Shown here: one piece after another, positions 1 through 14,602 of the stretch
Layout: each line of letters starts with the position of its first letter
How positions within the stretch are numbered: the stretch's first letter is position 1
NCBI RefSeq assembly: GCF_037042905.1
Contig: NC_087245.1
Span: 15,438,001-15,502,000, forward strand
Length of the DNA: 64,000 nt
Reading direction: 5' to 3'
Origin: Lytechinus pictus
Taxonomy: Eukaryota
Translations under genes and position numbers: made by a program
The notes under the pieces: model-generated
The model's database searches: none
Seen by the model: the letters and a program-made list of their open reading frames with translations, nothing else
What the model was told of the DNA's origin: nothing

Positions 1-343
1 CCAATTCATGTACGTGAATACTGCCGTATGTGTTGTTGTTTTCATGACATTATCAAGAGCAAAAAGCGATGATTTTCTTCTGATTGGAAACAGAATTGGA
101 GATGCAAACCATGTCTATCTTGCGGGAGGGCGGAATCGATTACTTTCTATTTTTCTCGGGCCATGTGACGGGAACGCTCCCGCATGGCAAGTCCTTTTAA
201 CATTTATTCCTATTTATTGTTATCAAGAAATACAATTCTTGATATCAAAATTTACATTTATATATATGAAGATATCAATTCTTCTTATAAAAAATGAATT
301 CCTAATAAATTTCTTCATGAATAAACAAAATATTTTGACATAC

Positions 344-428
344 TTGCATCTCCTCCGCGCTGAGCGTCAGGTTCTGTTGATGAAGCTTGAGAAGCATATC
401 GTCTCTCCATTTCTCCTGAAATTTCATC
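344..428 (-). CDS. Gene 2 exon (helical or coiled-coil-like); gene continues beyond window start
   Basis: cctcctatag acceptor, CAA|gtatgt donor, 85 nt phase 2 to 0: MKFQEKWRDDMLLKLHQQNLTLSAEEMQ. Confidence 0.85.
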
Positions 429-3400
429 CTATAGGAGGATGAAAGGGTGTCGGAGGAAAGAGATGCAAAATAAGTACAAAGGAAAGAGATGAGCTACTAG
501 TCATTAGGGCCTACAATGAAGTCTATTTTCACAATTGAAACAATATTCAAGAAAAATAAATAAAAAGTAAACAATTGTGAAGATAATAGAACTACAAGAA
601 AGAGATAGGGGAGATGGAAAATGAGGATTTTAGTCAGTATTGAGAGTGCATGGCTTTGACAATACGAGAGAGTGAGGGGGAGATGAAGAGGGAGAAAGGG
701 AGAGAGAGAGAGAAAGAAAGAGAGAGGTGAATTAGAGGGAAACATTCCGAAACAAGTACCGAGAAGTGCATTTTTCTATGAATGTATAAATTATCTATTA
801 ATCATCTATAAGCGGAAAATGTCAATGATATCACTTCTTTGTTGTGCATATTCGTTTTTTTTTTTTCAATTTGATTTGATAAAATCCATACATCGTTTAT
901 CTCGGAAAAAGCTAAAATTATGTTCTTAAGTGATTTGCCGCCCATTATTCATCGTTGGTTTAAAGCATCTTATACCAAGATCAATTAATATATGAAACAA
1001 ATATAAAAAGTCATTTTTGAATGACAAAGAATTTAAAATCTATCGTTCCACTTTTTCTAAGACATCCAATATATTCGGCATGTAATTTCATAACCTGTAC
1101 ATGATAAAATCAGGTAATGGTTACTTAATAAAACACTACATAATATAATTTTTTTTTTTAATCCTATAAGGGACGCCCTTCAAGCTTTCTGATTTCAGGA
1201 AATTTTAAAAATGGTCAGGGAATTATGGATGGTGAAACCGGCGGCGGATTTAACGGTAACTTGATATGACTTCAACCCCATCCCATCCCGCTGAAAGATT
1301 ACAAATTATGCCTACTTATCTATTGTACTAACCTAAAAGGACCAGGAGTGAATATATATGAAATGCATGACTGTGAGATTACTCAGTGTATGCGAATTTA
1401 ATAGACTATTAAACTAGTGTAAAGTTATAAATACACAAAATTATATAAACCTATAATGTCTATATTTGTAAAGCTGTAGTCTATGACTTGGAATTATCCA
1501 AATAAAGAACATTCATTGACGAGAGCCATATTTATCAAATTAAGGCTGCTAATTATCAAACTTCGTCAAATTGAAAACCCTAAATTTAAAACTACATGCG
1601 TCATATGTTACTTAAAGTTTATATAAATGGTCTCATGATCGAGCATATAACCTTCAGACATTTTAAGCTAGTTTTGACCATGGATTTATTTTCATACAGA
1701 ATCCTCCACTTTAGCCTATAAATATCATTATCAATCATCATTCGTCTGGAAAATGATCTGCAAAATGAATGCAAATAAGCGAAATATAACTTTAAAAAGC
1801 AGAAAGGAAAAAAAATTGAGCTGTATATACACCTACGCCGAATCATAGTTTTCAATTTATGATACGACAGAGTGTAAAATTATGGCGGATAAAGCCTTGA
1901 AGAAACTATAATGTATACAACTGAACCTAAACAGCCTACATGGATTGACTTGGTGTTCATCTCCTAAAATGATAGGACAGCTTAAAGCATTCAGTGCATG
2001 GTTAACCGTGTTCTATACAGAACAAAAGTTATGCTGGCACTTTTTCATTTCGTTTCATTTATTCAACCTTAATGTGTAAAAACAATAAAATACACATTTA
2101 TAATGAGTACAATTTAATTAGGCATTGATACATAAGGTGTGGGTCACTTAAAACAGAGAGCTTATCACCAGAGACCCAAATATAGCATAAAAATATGTTT
2201 ACATTAAGACAAGTTAAGGAGTGATTTGTGTTAATCCAGTTATAGTATATCCACATCAGGGGCGGGTCCGGGGGAGGGGGTGCAGATGGCGTAGGTGCCA
2301 CCCCCTTTACTAAAATTGGTACAGAAAGAATGTCATATTCATTCATTTATTATTCGGTGTTTTTCATAAAGGGTAACCATTTCAATAACAAGTATTGTTC
2401 TACCAACATGACCAAGGGGTCCATTTTAAAAGTATGGCTGAAACAGTTCCCATTCCCAAGTAAAGGTAACAATTTTATTTTCCTTGGCCTATTATGTATT
2501 GATGACATATTTTTTAATGCTTGTTTTCCCTTTTTTTAATAACTTGTGCCATCTCCCCCTCGGAAACAATAACCATAGTAAAATCCTTGATCAGGTTGGG
2601 GCGGGGAGAGTGCATTTTGGGGCCACTCGACATTCAATACATTTTTCCCTGTCTGACGTAATTTTCAACATTAGCCAAAGTACCAAAACAATTATGATAT
2701 ATAGAGATATCCAAACGCTCCGATCCTATGTACATATAATTATACAAAAGCTTTCTTCTCTCCAGTACAGAAATACAATGGGTGTGTCAATTCTCGTGAA
2801 TATAAATGACCTTTTAAACTTTTTAAAGAATCAACCTTCGCAACATGTTTACCACAAATCTCCGAACAATATCATAGATGATTATGAAAATAAGGTGAAA
2901 GGGATTTAAACTTTAATAAGCCATGTTAAGGTCAACTTTTCAATTCGAAGCATTTATTATTGTATAAAAGGTAAAAGGGGTTGAATTTAATGTTATCGCT
3001 TTTGTTGTGTTCATGTTCAAATTGATGTCACTTAATTGTGTTAACAGCCCACAGTCGATTAGTCTAAATTATTTTAATTTGATTTGTCGAATTTGATCTA
3101 TATCTATTCTTGTCCATGAATGTTTTCGTCTTATTTACACAAGCTACATCCGTAAATGTTTTCTCTTAAAATTCGTATTTGAACATCAAAATGTTTTGTT
3201 TAATTTCATAAACGCTAGTGAAAAATGCTTGTCAATCAATCATCACCAATTAATGTTCGACAAATGAAACACTGTTTCCATATTAGGTAGTTTGGAAGTG
3301 CCCTGTGTTATTATTCACGTCAGTCGATGGTCTATATTTTCAAGAAAGGGCAAAATCTGATTTAGGAAGGGGATGGACAAGATTCTAAAGCACCCCTTCC

Positions 3401-3805
3401 TTTGGTGATAGCATTCATTACCGGTTATTAATTATGTCTTTACACCAAAGGTAACGGGATGACCCTCAAGAATCGCTTCCGGGTGTCGAGGTGCGAATGC
3501 TAATTATATCTCTGAAAGCTCCATGACAATGACTCAATGAATGGAGGAGTTGTAACTGCGATAAAGGTTGTTTTTATACTGCACCTCTCTTGCTATTATC
3601 GAAAATCGTATCACGTGATAAATTATTGATGCACCCCTCAAACACAATGTGGTGTTCTATGATTGACAGCTTTGATCTTATCATCCCTGTCTATTGAATC
3701 ATAACGAACATTAAAATCATTATCTGGGAGGCGTTTAATCTGCACATGTTGTTTAATGACAACTTTTCTTTGTTTTAATTGACTCAGAAGCTCATGTATC
3801 TGATA

Positions 3806-3819
3806 GTTACCATAGTAAC
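3806..3819. promoter_or_regulatory. RFX X-box
   Basis: GTTACCATAGTAAC matches the X-box consensus GTYNCY-AT-RGNAAC. Confidence 0.5.
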
Positions 3820-3855
3820 TGTCGGATGACACTTACCCGGTGCTGACAACTTTCA

Positions 3856-3858
<3 letters not shown>

Positions 3859-3908
<50 letters not shown>
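3859..3908. repeat. (TA)n microsatellite (others at about 3952-3972 and 7763-7801)
   Basis: Direct reading. Confidence 0.95.
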
Positions 3909-3913
<5 letters not shown>

Positions 3914-4775
3914 ATTTGTGCATACCCCTGGAGACCATTTTATGAAGGCTTTATATATATATATATATATATTGCACAATCATTGCAATGTACATGTGCC
4001 ATCTTCGGTAAAAGTGCGTTTAGATGTTAGTTGTTTAGTTTAGTTTAGTTGTTATTCAGACTTACAAATTTTTCGCGTGATTGAGTTATCAAAATAACGA
4101 GAGGTTCGCAGTTACATTTAATAAGTTTGGTCCTATTACAAGACAAGAATGAATGGAATCCCCATATCCCCCATGCTAGAATGACATGGATTATATACAT
4201 TTTATTTATTGTGATATTCTGAAATTTCAGAAAGAATAAGATATTTTAACAAATCGTATTTACATTTCCGAGGGGGGGGGGCTGGGGCAAAATAAAGTCA
4301 AGTAAAAAAAAATTATTATGAACTGAATAGACAAATTAAAAGCTATGTGTTTTCGAACAAGAATTCTGATTGAAAAAAAAAATGAATTGAGGTACAAATC
4401 TGTCGTCACCTAGTATGACGTCATTGGGAGGGGGGTTTGATGACATCACATTGGTACTGAGCCATGATATCTTGTTGAATCATATTTCATCGCATGGTGC
4501 TCCCTACCTGATCACGCGGCGAGGAAATGCAATGCGACTGATCTATAAAATGAAATATGCCGATTGGCACTGCCAAGCCTAAAAATGAACTCATGTTTTA
4601 CAGTAATTAAGTTAATACCTGCCGTTCAAGCTTCGAAATTGGCAAATACTTGCTTAGTCCCACACTATTATGAAGTTTTGCCGAGGCTAAGGGCTGCCAT
4701 ATATAGCTATTATTAATACTTAGCTCTCTTTCTGTTCAGTGATATATATTTTCAAATGGCTATAGCCAACCAAAA

Positions 4776-4957
4776 CAGGGGGCGCGGAACGGTATTCAAA
4801 GTTGGGAGGGGGAACTGACAATGCAAAACAAAAAAAAAATAACATAAAATCCTATATACGGTTAAGTTTATGTACTGTAAACCTTTTTTTCTAAAAAAAA
4901 GTGGGGATGATGCCGCACCGAGCCCATCCGCCCCCCCCCCTCGTTCCGCGGCACCTG
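4776..4957. mobile_element. Short MITE
   Basis: Inverted ends CAGGGGGCGCGGAACG / CGTTCCGCGGCACCTG with G and C tracts. Confidence 0.6.
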
Positions 4958-5048
4958 CAAATACCCGAATTACGCACAATAAGCCGTCTTCAAATTTGAT
5001 GTTTCTTTCCAGGAAACCTACTAAAAAGGCTTTCAGTTAACCCGATAA

Positions 5049-5263
5049 CAGGGGCGTCCATCTTTTGGAGAAGGGGGGGGGGGGAGTAAAAGAAATGTAA
5101 TTTGTTTAATTGTTTAATTGTATCTTTTTGCCAAGTTCAATGGTTTTATAGTGCTTGCCAATGCTTTATATATGCATTATTATATATCATATCATGAATG
5201 TTTCTATATAGATGAAAAAATATTGGGTGCAAACATATCGATTTGCCCCCAATATCGCCCCTG
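5049..5263. mobile_element. CAGGGGCG-family MITE
   Basis: CAGGGGCG...CGCCCCTG ends; imperfect TSD cccgataa/cccgttat. Confidence 0.6.
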
Positions 5264-7761
5264 CCCGTTATAAATAAAAAAAACTACAATAAATACAATC
5301 CAATTTGTATATATTGTTTGTTGCTATGACTGACAAGTCTTTGGCAAACTTTAAGGTTGTCAATAGCAACCTCTCTTTGGAAGTATACAAAAATGAATAT
5401 TATAACAAACATGTATATCAAGGCCTCGTGCTCATTAATTAAAAAAAATGCCCGGAGATAGAAAATAAATAGTCCGGGCTAATAGAACTGAGCGCGAAAA
5501 GCATGTTTGGCATATATTCGGAATGCAAAGCTGCAGCAGGGACGGTGTGGCAAAGAAAATAAATTATGAAAAAAGTACTTGAAGAGATAAAATGACGGAA
5601 GTGTGGGAAGGGGGAATTTTCTCTCATATTTTCTTATTTTTTTTTTAAATAATTCATTCCCCATCCCATGCCAATTCACGACCCCTTTATGACCCAATTT
5701 CACGTCAATGTTTTTTTTCGCAAGGCTGTGCAAAAATTAGATTAGCTAATTTTCATCACACCTTTCATTATATTACAGACTCACACATATTTTCTTTAGC
5801 GATTATCCCCCCACCTGATAAAGTGCCCCGATAAATTATGCATGTATAACATGGTAAGTCAGTTAGCAAGCAAAAGCAACCCCCATTAAAAAAACAAGGC
5901 GAGTGGAAAGCAATGATGCGGATAAATATAATATCTGAGATGCTTTCCAACTATAAACCAACATGAATTCGTGTTGATGGCCTCTGTAATTATCCAAATT
6001 AGCCTATACTGTACATGTTCAGCCGCAAATTTCGTCAAAAGTAATGAAAACACAAGATAACTGCCTTTTCATTTGAAGGCCCTAAATGACACGATTTTAA
6101 TAAACATGGGAAAACCACCAGACACCATATAGTGTAACCTTACATTGTTGTATAATAATTTAGGGAAAATTATTTTTATTTCTTTTTTTAGTTTGCGCGT
6201 GTCAGTTCTAATAAGACGTCAAATATAATGCATAACGTGCTCTTAAAACTATTGCTTCAACGGAACATTATAGCCCTTATTAAACAATTTCCAGATACAT
6301 TAACATTTTTGTGCAAATATCAATGTTTGATGCATCCATCCGTTAGTTATTCACTCATGTTGTAATTCATTTAATGTCAAAGACCTTGAATATGATTTAA
6401 TCTTAAATATTCTTCGTCTTCGTGTCAGTTCGTGATTTGGTTTTGTTTAGGCAATCAGCCCAATTTATGTTTTTCATCATATGCTATACATGTTTATTAG
6501 TATAAGAAAGCATCACATTCTTATTTCTTTTCGCTTTTTTCTGCTTTTATAAGCTTCGTGTTTTTATGTTATGGAAAGAAAAAATCATGCCAACTTTTCA
6601 GTCTTATGACATATTTTTTTCAAAAGTAATGACACATTTATTTCGAGGTCGCGTCAATTTTGGTGGGATATTTGTGGACTTTGTGGTGAAACTTTCAGCG
6701 AAAATTATCATTCATAAGACTAGTCTATCTAATCAGTTTAATGTCTTGTCTGCGATGGGGAAAGTGGTAAGGTTGCAGTTTTTTTTAATTTTATTTCGAG
6801 CATTGGTTACACCTACAGGGCTATTTAATTTGTAACTCACATGAGGCAAGTTAAGGACAGTTTCGTGATTTTTGTAATTTCTGCTACTGTTAGAATATCT
6901 GTTGTGATAAAAGTTTTTAATCAAATCTATTTTTTGTGTGCGATAACTCCATTTGGATTGAAAATAACAGGAAAACCAAATATCTTGTAATCTAAATCAC
7001 ATGAACTTCCGTTACCCGGTTAAAATTTCGGAACTTTAGCCGATGTTATGGTCGGTCATCCTTTTAACCCAAACTTGGAAAAAAAAAGAAATTATATTTC
7101 AGAAAGAAACTTCCCTTTTACTTTGCTGTGGGCAACTTCCCCCTTAAAGAAAAAGATGAGATTCAAGTCTGAAATCAAAATTTCTATGCATAGGGTGCTG
7201 TATTTGCATTCCCCGCCAACGTGGGTGAGTGCAGCGATCGAGCTAGTCTCTCTCAGGGTCTGTCAGGGACCGGGAATTACATGCCACTTTTCACCGAACA
7301 AACTTTTCAGTAAATTTTGAATGATTTCTTACAATTTGAAATAGATTTGAAGAAGAATTTAGACAGGTCTCAATCATGTCAGATTGTGTGTGATATAACC
7401 TTATAGCTCCCCCTTTCCTTGCCAACTTTGCCAGTATGATAACGAATTATAGAAGTGAAATTTCCTCTACAAAATAATGGACGACTACAGTGACAAAACG
7501 AATCGTGGTCGCGATATTGTAATCCTAAATATTTATTGCCCCCCCACTAGTTTGGGTCAAATGAGTGTCTGTTTTCCCAATGTAAACATTATTAAGCACA
7601 ATATCGTTGCATGTAAATGAAAGACTGGCGACAATAAAAGTATGAATTTTATTAGAAATAAGATGTGTCAGCAACTTAGCAATTAAACGGTTTCCCTTGC
7701 ATTACCTATTTATTTTTGCAACAAACCATTTATTTTTTTATGATTTATGATTTTTTTTAAA

Positions 7762-7804
<43 letters not shown>

Positions 7805-9086
7805 GCATCAACGTTATCACGTATTAATAGATAAATTACTATCATACATATATATATATAATTTTTTTTGGGGGGGTTGACTGAATTTCAATTGAATCAC
7901 AAAAAAAAATCATATCATGGGAATCATGTTTAGTGCTAAATTGATTCAGTAAAGAAACATTTAGCAAAAACATAATATAGAACCTCATGGTAAAATACAA
8001 GAAGTACTAGGCCTCATTCAAAAGACAGCTTGCCATCGGAACGTGCTACTGTGAAAATGTCACTAACCATCATGAAACACTGCCTGTTATGACTAACATC
8101 TATGACTAAGGGGAGATATTGGATATCATGACACCAGGTTTTCCCCCTGTCATCTAGGATATTTGAAAAAGACCATGCTTTTTATACGTACTTCAACTGA
8201 ACTTCAAAATGCTATGATACTGAAAGAACACCTCCACAAATTATTTCAGCAGGTTTTGAGAAATAACAACTTCAAATATTTCCTTAAAATAATCAGAATT
8301 GTTATTCAATACACTTTTCGCTTTTCATATTTTAGTCTCTCGTTAAAGCATACATTTTTTAGATTTGAAGAGGAAGAGTACACTAGTCATAATCGAGGAT
8401 ATATTTTAATCAATGCCTAATGTATTGAGCTTTAAAAACAATTTATGAACCATCCTCAGAATATTTCACCGTATACTCTCCCCATTCTTCTTCTTTGCTG
8501 CCAACCAACAATCCAATCCCGATTAGTATACAATTCCTTCCCATTTGCTCGACAGAAATGTGATTTCCCTCAAAGTGAAGACCTTTCGATCCGCAGGGGA
8601 TATTTCCTTCCTCTTATGAAATCCCAGAGCCAATTTCTTGTGGAAAAATCACGATTAGAAACAGAATGATGAAAGTCTATTGAAATATACACAATAGACA
8701 GAATAGTAAAGAGACAATTTATAAACACCTCAATATTTTTTTTCATTTCCAACTATTCCTATTATTTCAGAGTCAAGGAATGTTGTCGATCAGTAATCAA
8801 ATCTGACTCAAATTCAAAATATGACTAGGATTCCGAATTAAAGTGTAGGCCAATTCCGAGCAATATGTTATAATTGTCAAAAGCATTGTTTCTTTATAGC
8901 AGTTGACTTTCTCAACAACAGCAATGTTCAGAAAACATCTTTTTAATAATAATGCACCCGGAATCATCATGGAAGATTGTGTTTGAAGTACTTTGAGTAT
9001 GAGGATGGCAGTCATGACAGGAAGGGGCTGTATTTCATCTACTCTTTGGTCTTTAAAACACAAATCACATCACTGTATCTTATACG

Positions 9087-9959
9087 CAGAGGCGTCGATC
9101 CGGGGGGGGGGGGCGCAGGGGGGCGATCGCCCCACCAATGAAAATATTGGGGGGGGGCAAACATATCGTTTTGCCCCCCCCAAAAAAAAATAATTCCGCA
9201 TGTGCAAAAATTAAATAAGATTGTAATGTTACACAGAAATCAGCAAGCGAGATTGAGAAACGCAACTCGTTCTTTATTTAAAATCGTGCTCAAATGTCCG
9301 CCTTTCAGATTGAAATATACATTTTTTTAGCTCGCGCTTTGCGCTTGCATCATTTCTGTAGCAAAAACCCATACTTTTTACGATTAAATAGGTGAATAGA
9401 ATGTCGTTTTCGATTCTAAACCTCAAAAGAACTCCCGCTTCGATTTGCAATAATCTTTTGTTGGACTATTTCTTGTTCTTTATTAAAAACGTCCATTTAA
9501 CTGTCGATTTTTTTTCAGATCGAAATATCAAAATTTTCAGCTCACGCTTCGCTCTCGCATCTATTGTTCTTTTAGATACCCATCTTAATCATTGGTACCA
9601 ACAAATGCTTAGAATATTAAGCTTTCAGGTCAGAATATAAAGAAATTTCAGCTCGCTCTCAGCACTCGCATTATCTGTGTAGTGTGATATGTATCCTCCT
9701 CATGAGTTACTAGAAACAGTCCTAAACATGTACCTTTTTCCTGTTTTCAGTTCAGTATACTAAAAAATTTCAGCTCGCGCTTCGCGCTCACATTAATTTG
9801 TTGGTGAGATATGTGTCTCTTTCTCATGAGTCATATATATATATATAGGCCTATGTGTGTGTGGGTGAGTTTGTTTGTTTTGTGTGATCGAGCGCCTCTG
9901 AAACGTTGATTCATGATTTTGCCCCCCCCCCCCATCTGAAAAATGGATCGACGCCCCTG
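9087..9959. mobile_element. hAT-type MITE (CAGGGGCG family)
   Basis: TIR CAG(A/G)GGCGTCGATCC; 8-bp TSD cttatacg at 9079-9086 and 9960-9967; internal repeats of TTTCAGCTCGCGCTTCGCGCTC. Confidence 0.9.
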
Positions 9960-11675
9960 CTTATACGTGTACTGCATGGCCTTGTGTTTACTTTATTTCT
10001 TTGTAGTGCTTGAATTTTCGATCAATTTCATATACAAGTAAATAAAACTTTCCCTTTACTTTTTCCCCACATAATTATGTTTGATGAATGCTGTTAATAC
10101 CAAATTGTCTAGACATCTATCCTTTCAACGCACCTGTTTATGATTGCACACGAGTTAATTCCTGATAAAAACATCCAGTGCCCGGACTATAACAATCTTT
10201 AGATTTGTATAACCTCTTTTAAAATGTTTAAAACATTTCAAAATCGGTGGAATTATGACCCGTAAAATGTTTCTTCCTTTTGTGATTTATAGTGAGAAAT
10301 GGTGGTAACAATTTGTTATCACATTCCAACTTTTCGGATATCATATTCTGGCCTCTTTCCGAAGCAAATCCCGGTATAGTAAGAGTGCATTCGTCTTTGA
10401 ATAAAAAAAATTGAACTTTTCCATTTTACCTCGGTAAGGATGATGGTTATATTTATAATCGATAAATATTGGAGAATATTGAGGGATATGACATTTGGGG
10501 GCAATTTGAAGATAGTTTAGCTTCCTAAACAAGATATCAGTTCCAAGTGCATTTTTTTTATTTAAAAAATTAGGGCATAAGACTACATTTCCTCAAAGTC
10601 AAAGTAAAAATTTTTCACAAAAAGAGCAACTGACACGGGTTCATTTTTGTTATCTTGCGCAAGAGCTTAACAGCAAAGACAATCCTTTTGGGAGACGTTT
10701 TTTAATAATTTGTTCACCATTTTCATTATTCAATATACGACGCAATTCTTACACGAAATACAAGACATTCATCTATAAAATTACTTATCCTTTACTATGC
10801 ACAAAAAACAAATTATGCATATGTGCGTGCAAAGGCATTCAAAGATTATAATTAACAGAATACAATTCCAAAACGCATCAAATCCACTTTTGACCAAATT
10901 ACACAGGCTTTTCTACCCGTTTCGCAGTAGTTCAGAGAAAACTATTAACCTAATTATATTAACACGATTATTGATGTTGAAATGATTAATCTCATTTATT
11001 TCTAAGAGATACTGTACATGCTTTGCCCTATTTCCTACTAATCATCAAAATGGATTTAGCGCCTTTTGGAATCAACCTCTAAATTTGATCACATGATCAC
11101 TGAGTAAGCTGTGGGAAACAGTAAGATCACATTGGTAGAAAGTTCACCTTTCAATTTCAATAATTGACATAACATTCTATTTGCTTCCTTTGCCTTTTGG
11201 GTCAATAAGTTAAGAAAACAAACTAAAAATGAAAACACCCAACCTTATACCAGAAATCATGGATCACCGAATAGAAAAAGGTTTAACAACATGAACAAGG
11301 AGACAATGCACTTGCATGTTGGTGTTTATGGACATCAAACACATGGGTTAAACAACCTGTTTGAAATCAAACGCTATGAATGCAAATGTATGTAGGAATC
11401 TTAAGTTTAATACAAAAACCGTTCAAAACAGACGAAACTGAAAGACAAAAATAAAAGGAAAAACATAATACAACGATAGCCTACAATAGAATTGGAATAA
11501 TGATACGGGTGGATGAGGAACTCTTTTTCGTAATTTGTATTGACTTCATTCCATTTCTTTGATTTGTTTTCTTTAACTTACTCACACCGATTCCAGCTTT
11601 AATACTCGAATGGCAATATATTATGACAATAATTATTCATGATAATAAAGTCTACCCTTGAACTTTCCCACTTAC

Positions 11676-11798
11676 TGTTCATACTCCCTGCGGAGGTTAT
11701 CTGCTTGTTTCGTCATCTCGTCGAGTTCAGTCCCCTCTTCGTTGCCGTCTTCGGCAGAGCAACTCGTGCTTAGATTAGGCTCTGACACTGATGTACGG
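11676..11798 (-). CDS. Gene 2 exon
   Basis: ctcttcttacag acceptor, CA|gtaagt donor, 123 nt phase 2 to 2: RTSVSEPNLSTSCSAEDGNEEGTELDEMTKQADNLRREYE. Confidence 0.85.
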
Positions 11799-12110
11799 CT
11801 GTAAGAAGAGAATAAAAAATTAACATAAAAAATAATTCAATATGGAATAAGAATTAGATTTCCTGGTGTTATCAATGCCATCGAATTTATTTATTCATTT
11901 ATTAGAATATACTTATTCAGGCACAAAAGATCAGCAAAAAGATGTTTTTCATCATTGACCTGATGAAAACAGAATCAACATTACAACAAAAATGGATGCA
12001 AAGTGCCTGAAACTACTGATAATTCTGCCCAAGTCAATTTTTTTTTTGGACCACTTAAATCTTTTTGACTTTGGAGAAATTAGGGATATAACACGTGTTT
12101 CACACAATCT

Positions 12111-12266
12111 GGGGCCCGTTGCGTAAAAGTTACCCCTATGGTAACTTTGCCATGCAGTGGTGACTTCCATGGAATCCTTGATTCTGATTGGCTGTTGATC
12201 ATCGTCACCATGGGAGTTACCAATGGATGGTAAAGTTACCTTATCAACTTTCATGCGACGGGGTTC
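12111..12266. mobile_element. Short palindromic MITE (related copy at about 49370-49535)
   Basis: GGGGCCCGTTGCGTAAAAGTT...AACTTTCATGCGACGGGGTTC. Confidence 0.6.
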
Positions 12267-12808
12267 AGGTCTGAAAATTTGCTTCGACTTGGGAATATAC
12301 TACTGATGGAAGATTAACTTATGCAAATTTAATTGTAAATGAATCGCTGCATTTGATCCGCTGAGAGCAGTTTTGTCAGTATATTGTTGATGGTGGTGAT
12401 TCCGTGAAACAATTAAGTCACTGATAAAACATCATTAAGAATAAGGTCATCTCAAGTTTATGAATTGCTCATGTTCAAGAGTGTATAATCAATATAAGTC
12501 ATTTATTTCACATTTTGGTTTATGAGGTTTTTAATTATTTTTCAAAGGAATATTCGTAATTTAGTTTCGAAACACCAATCAAAGTTCACATGATTAATAT
12601 CAATAATTAGCATGACTGCTTTTTGATAGGCATTTTCGTGTCTCTATTGCACAGGGTTAGAAATCTATCAAAGACAAGTCCGCCCCAACAAAAAGTCGAT
12701 TGAATAAAAGAAGAAAAATCCAAAGAGCATAACACTGAACATTTTTTAATATAAAAATCGGATGTAAAATAAGAAAATGATGACATACTAAAGTTGTGCT
12801 TAATTTAG

Positions 12809-13275
12809 TAAAGGACAAGTCCACCCCAACAGAAAGTTGATTTTAATATTCACATCAAATCGGCATGCAAACGAAGGACTGATGACATCACTCACTCACT
12901 ATTTCTTTTGTATTTTCCTACCTGAAATATGAACAATTCTAGTTTTATTCCTAGCTGAACATGTGGTATTACCACTGTTTTAACATTTTATGGTTCAGTA
13001 AAGTTGATCCTTAATATCAAATCTGTAAAACTTGAAATATTGTATAATTCATACAATAAACAAGAAAACGAAATAGTGAGTGAAGGACATCATCGACTGT
13101 CTCATTTGCATGCCACTTGAGTTGTGCATTAACTGTTTTGTGAAAAATTAACAAAGTTTTAAGTCACAACTTTCTTATTTTACATCCGATTTTGATGAAA
13201 TTTTCAGCGTTATGCATATTTGATTGTTATATTACGATTTAAATCAACATTTTTTTGGTGGACTTTACCTTTTAA
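12809..13275. mobile_element. TTAA-type (Kolobok-like) MITE, preceded by a second left arm at about 12668-12805
   Basis: TAAAGGACAAGTCCACC...GGTGGACTTTACCTTTTAA inverted ends. Confidence 0.65.
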
Positions 13276-14543
13276 ACACACATAAGTAAATCTGTGTGTT
13301 CCTCTCATGAATATTACTATCCAATTTTTTCATATTGAAATTATGAACTTATATTACATGCAGGATTGACATAAAATAACCAAGCACATTCCTTCTAATA
13401 ATTAAGTTAAGTTGTTATCTAAATGTACTACCATTTTTATGAGGATTGTCCCTACGAAAAGAAGCAAAACACTATCACGCATAGGCTTAACGTATTTTCC
13501 CTTTTTTTAAATATAATCTAGGGCTGTACAAGAAATGTAGCTAATATCAGATATCATAATCCTATCCAGCTATTAAAGCAGCTGCTTAGAGACCCATACC
13601 CCGCGTATACCATGTATACCCCAATCGACTAAATACATAGGCCTATACAATTACAAAGCAATCCTTTCAGAGTGCACGCATAATCAATCAATTTATTTAG
13701 GTCAACACAGAAACAGGGAAATTGAAAAAAATAATTGAATATTATAAAAAAATATTTAATTTACGATCGCAACCAATCACGGCTGATGATGTGAAAGTGC
13801 ATGCTTCGAGTCTAGCACAACTCAATTATTGCTCTGTTTTGAATGAGTGTCCTAGATTTATTTTTATTTTATTTGTTTACTATTGATTATTATCAAATTA
13901 TGAGACATGCAATTGATTTCGTCTGAAGGTATAGTACTATAGTAACAACAATTTCTAGAATGAATAATAGGACGCAGACCATTTACGGTATAATCGTTTC
14001 GAATGATTTTTGACAGGTAATCCCATCTCTATTGTTTTACAATGAGAACAAGGGGAGACGAGTATAAAAGTACTGCATATGCAATGACATTTATGAAAAG
14101 GGAAAATGTCTAAAATTACAGTAGAAAAGGGATAGCGTTTAAATTACAACAACTTTAGTGGCAATCACAGTTAATAACTATGATTGTCACTGTTTAAAAT
14201 AGGGTACAAAAGATGGCTAGTTATCAGAGCAAGAATAGATGAAGAAACGATATCACGATCACAATCCTGTATGTATTATCAACATTTTAAACACGATGCT
14301 CTCACGAGCTCATGAAATAATTTACACAAGGGAAAATGTATTGTGAATTTTAGTCCTTACAGAGCCGGCATAGCAACACCACAAATATCATGTCTCATCT
14401 GACTGCTAGATCAAATGCGTCGATATATAGTCAACTAAATCAACCGCTTGTTGGATTTGATTTAATAGAATATATAATTTTGATAATTATTTCGATATTT
14501 CCTCACAACTGACAGCACTAAACCTCTCACAATCAAACCTTAC

Positions 14544-14602
14544 CTAACCAACTTCTGGCCCCTTTGAACAAGATATTGGACCTCGATTACAATGGCGACC
14601 AT
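14544..14602 (-). CDS. Gene 2: candidate alternative first coding exon B
   Basis: In-frame TGA upstream; MVAIVIEVQYLVQRGQKLV plus AG|gtaagg; phase 2 fits exon 11798; acceptor at 14653-14654. Confidence 0.35.

Noticed and set aside
8-442. 144-aa + strand ORF
   Set aside because: No recognisable motif; overlaps the real minus-strand exon 344-428
11673-11675. Apparent TAA stop ending gene 2
   Set aside because: It is part of a CA|GTAAGT donor whose phase matches exon 428-344
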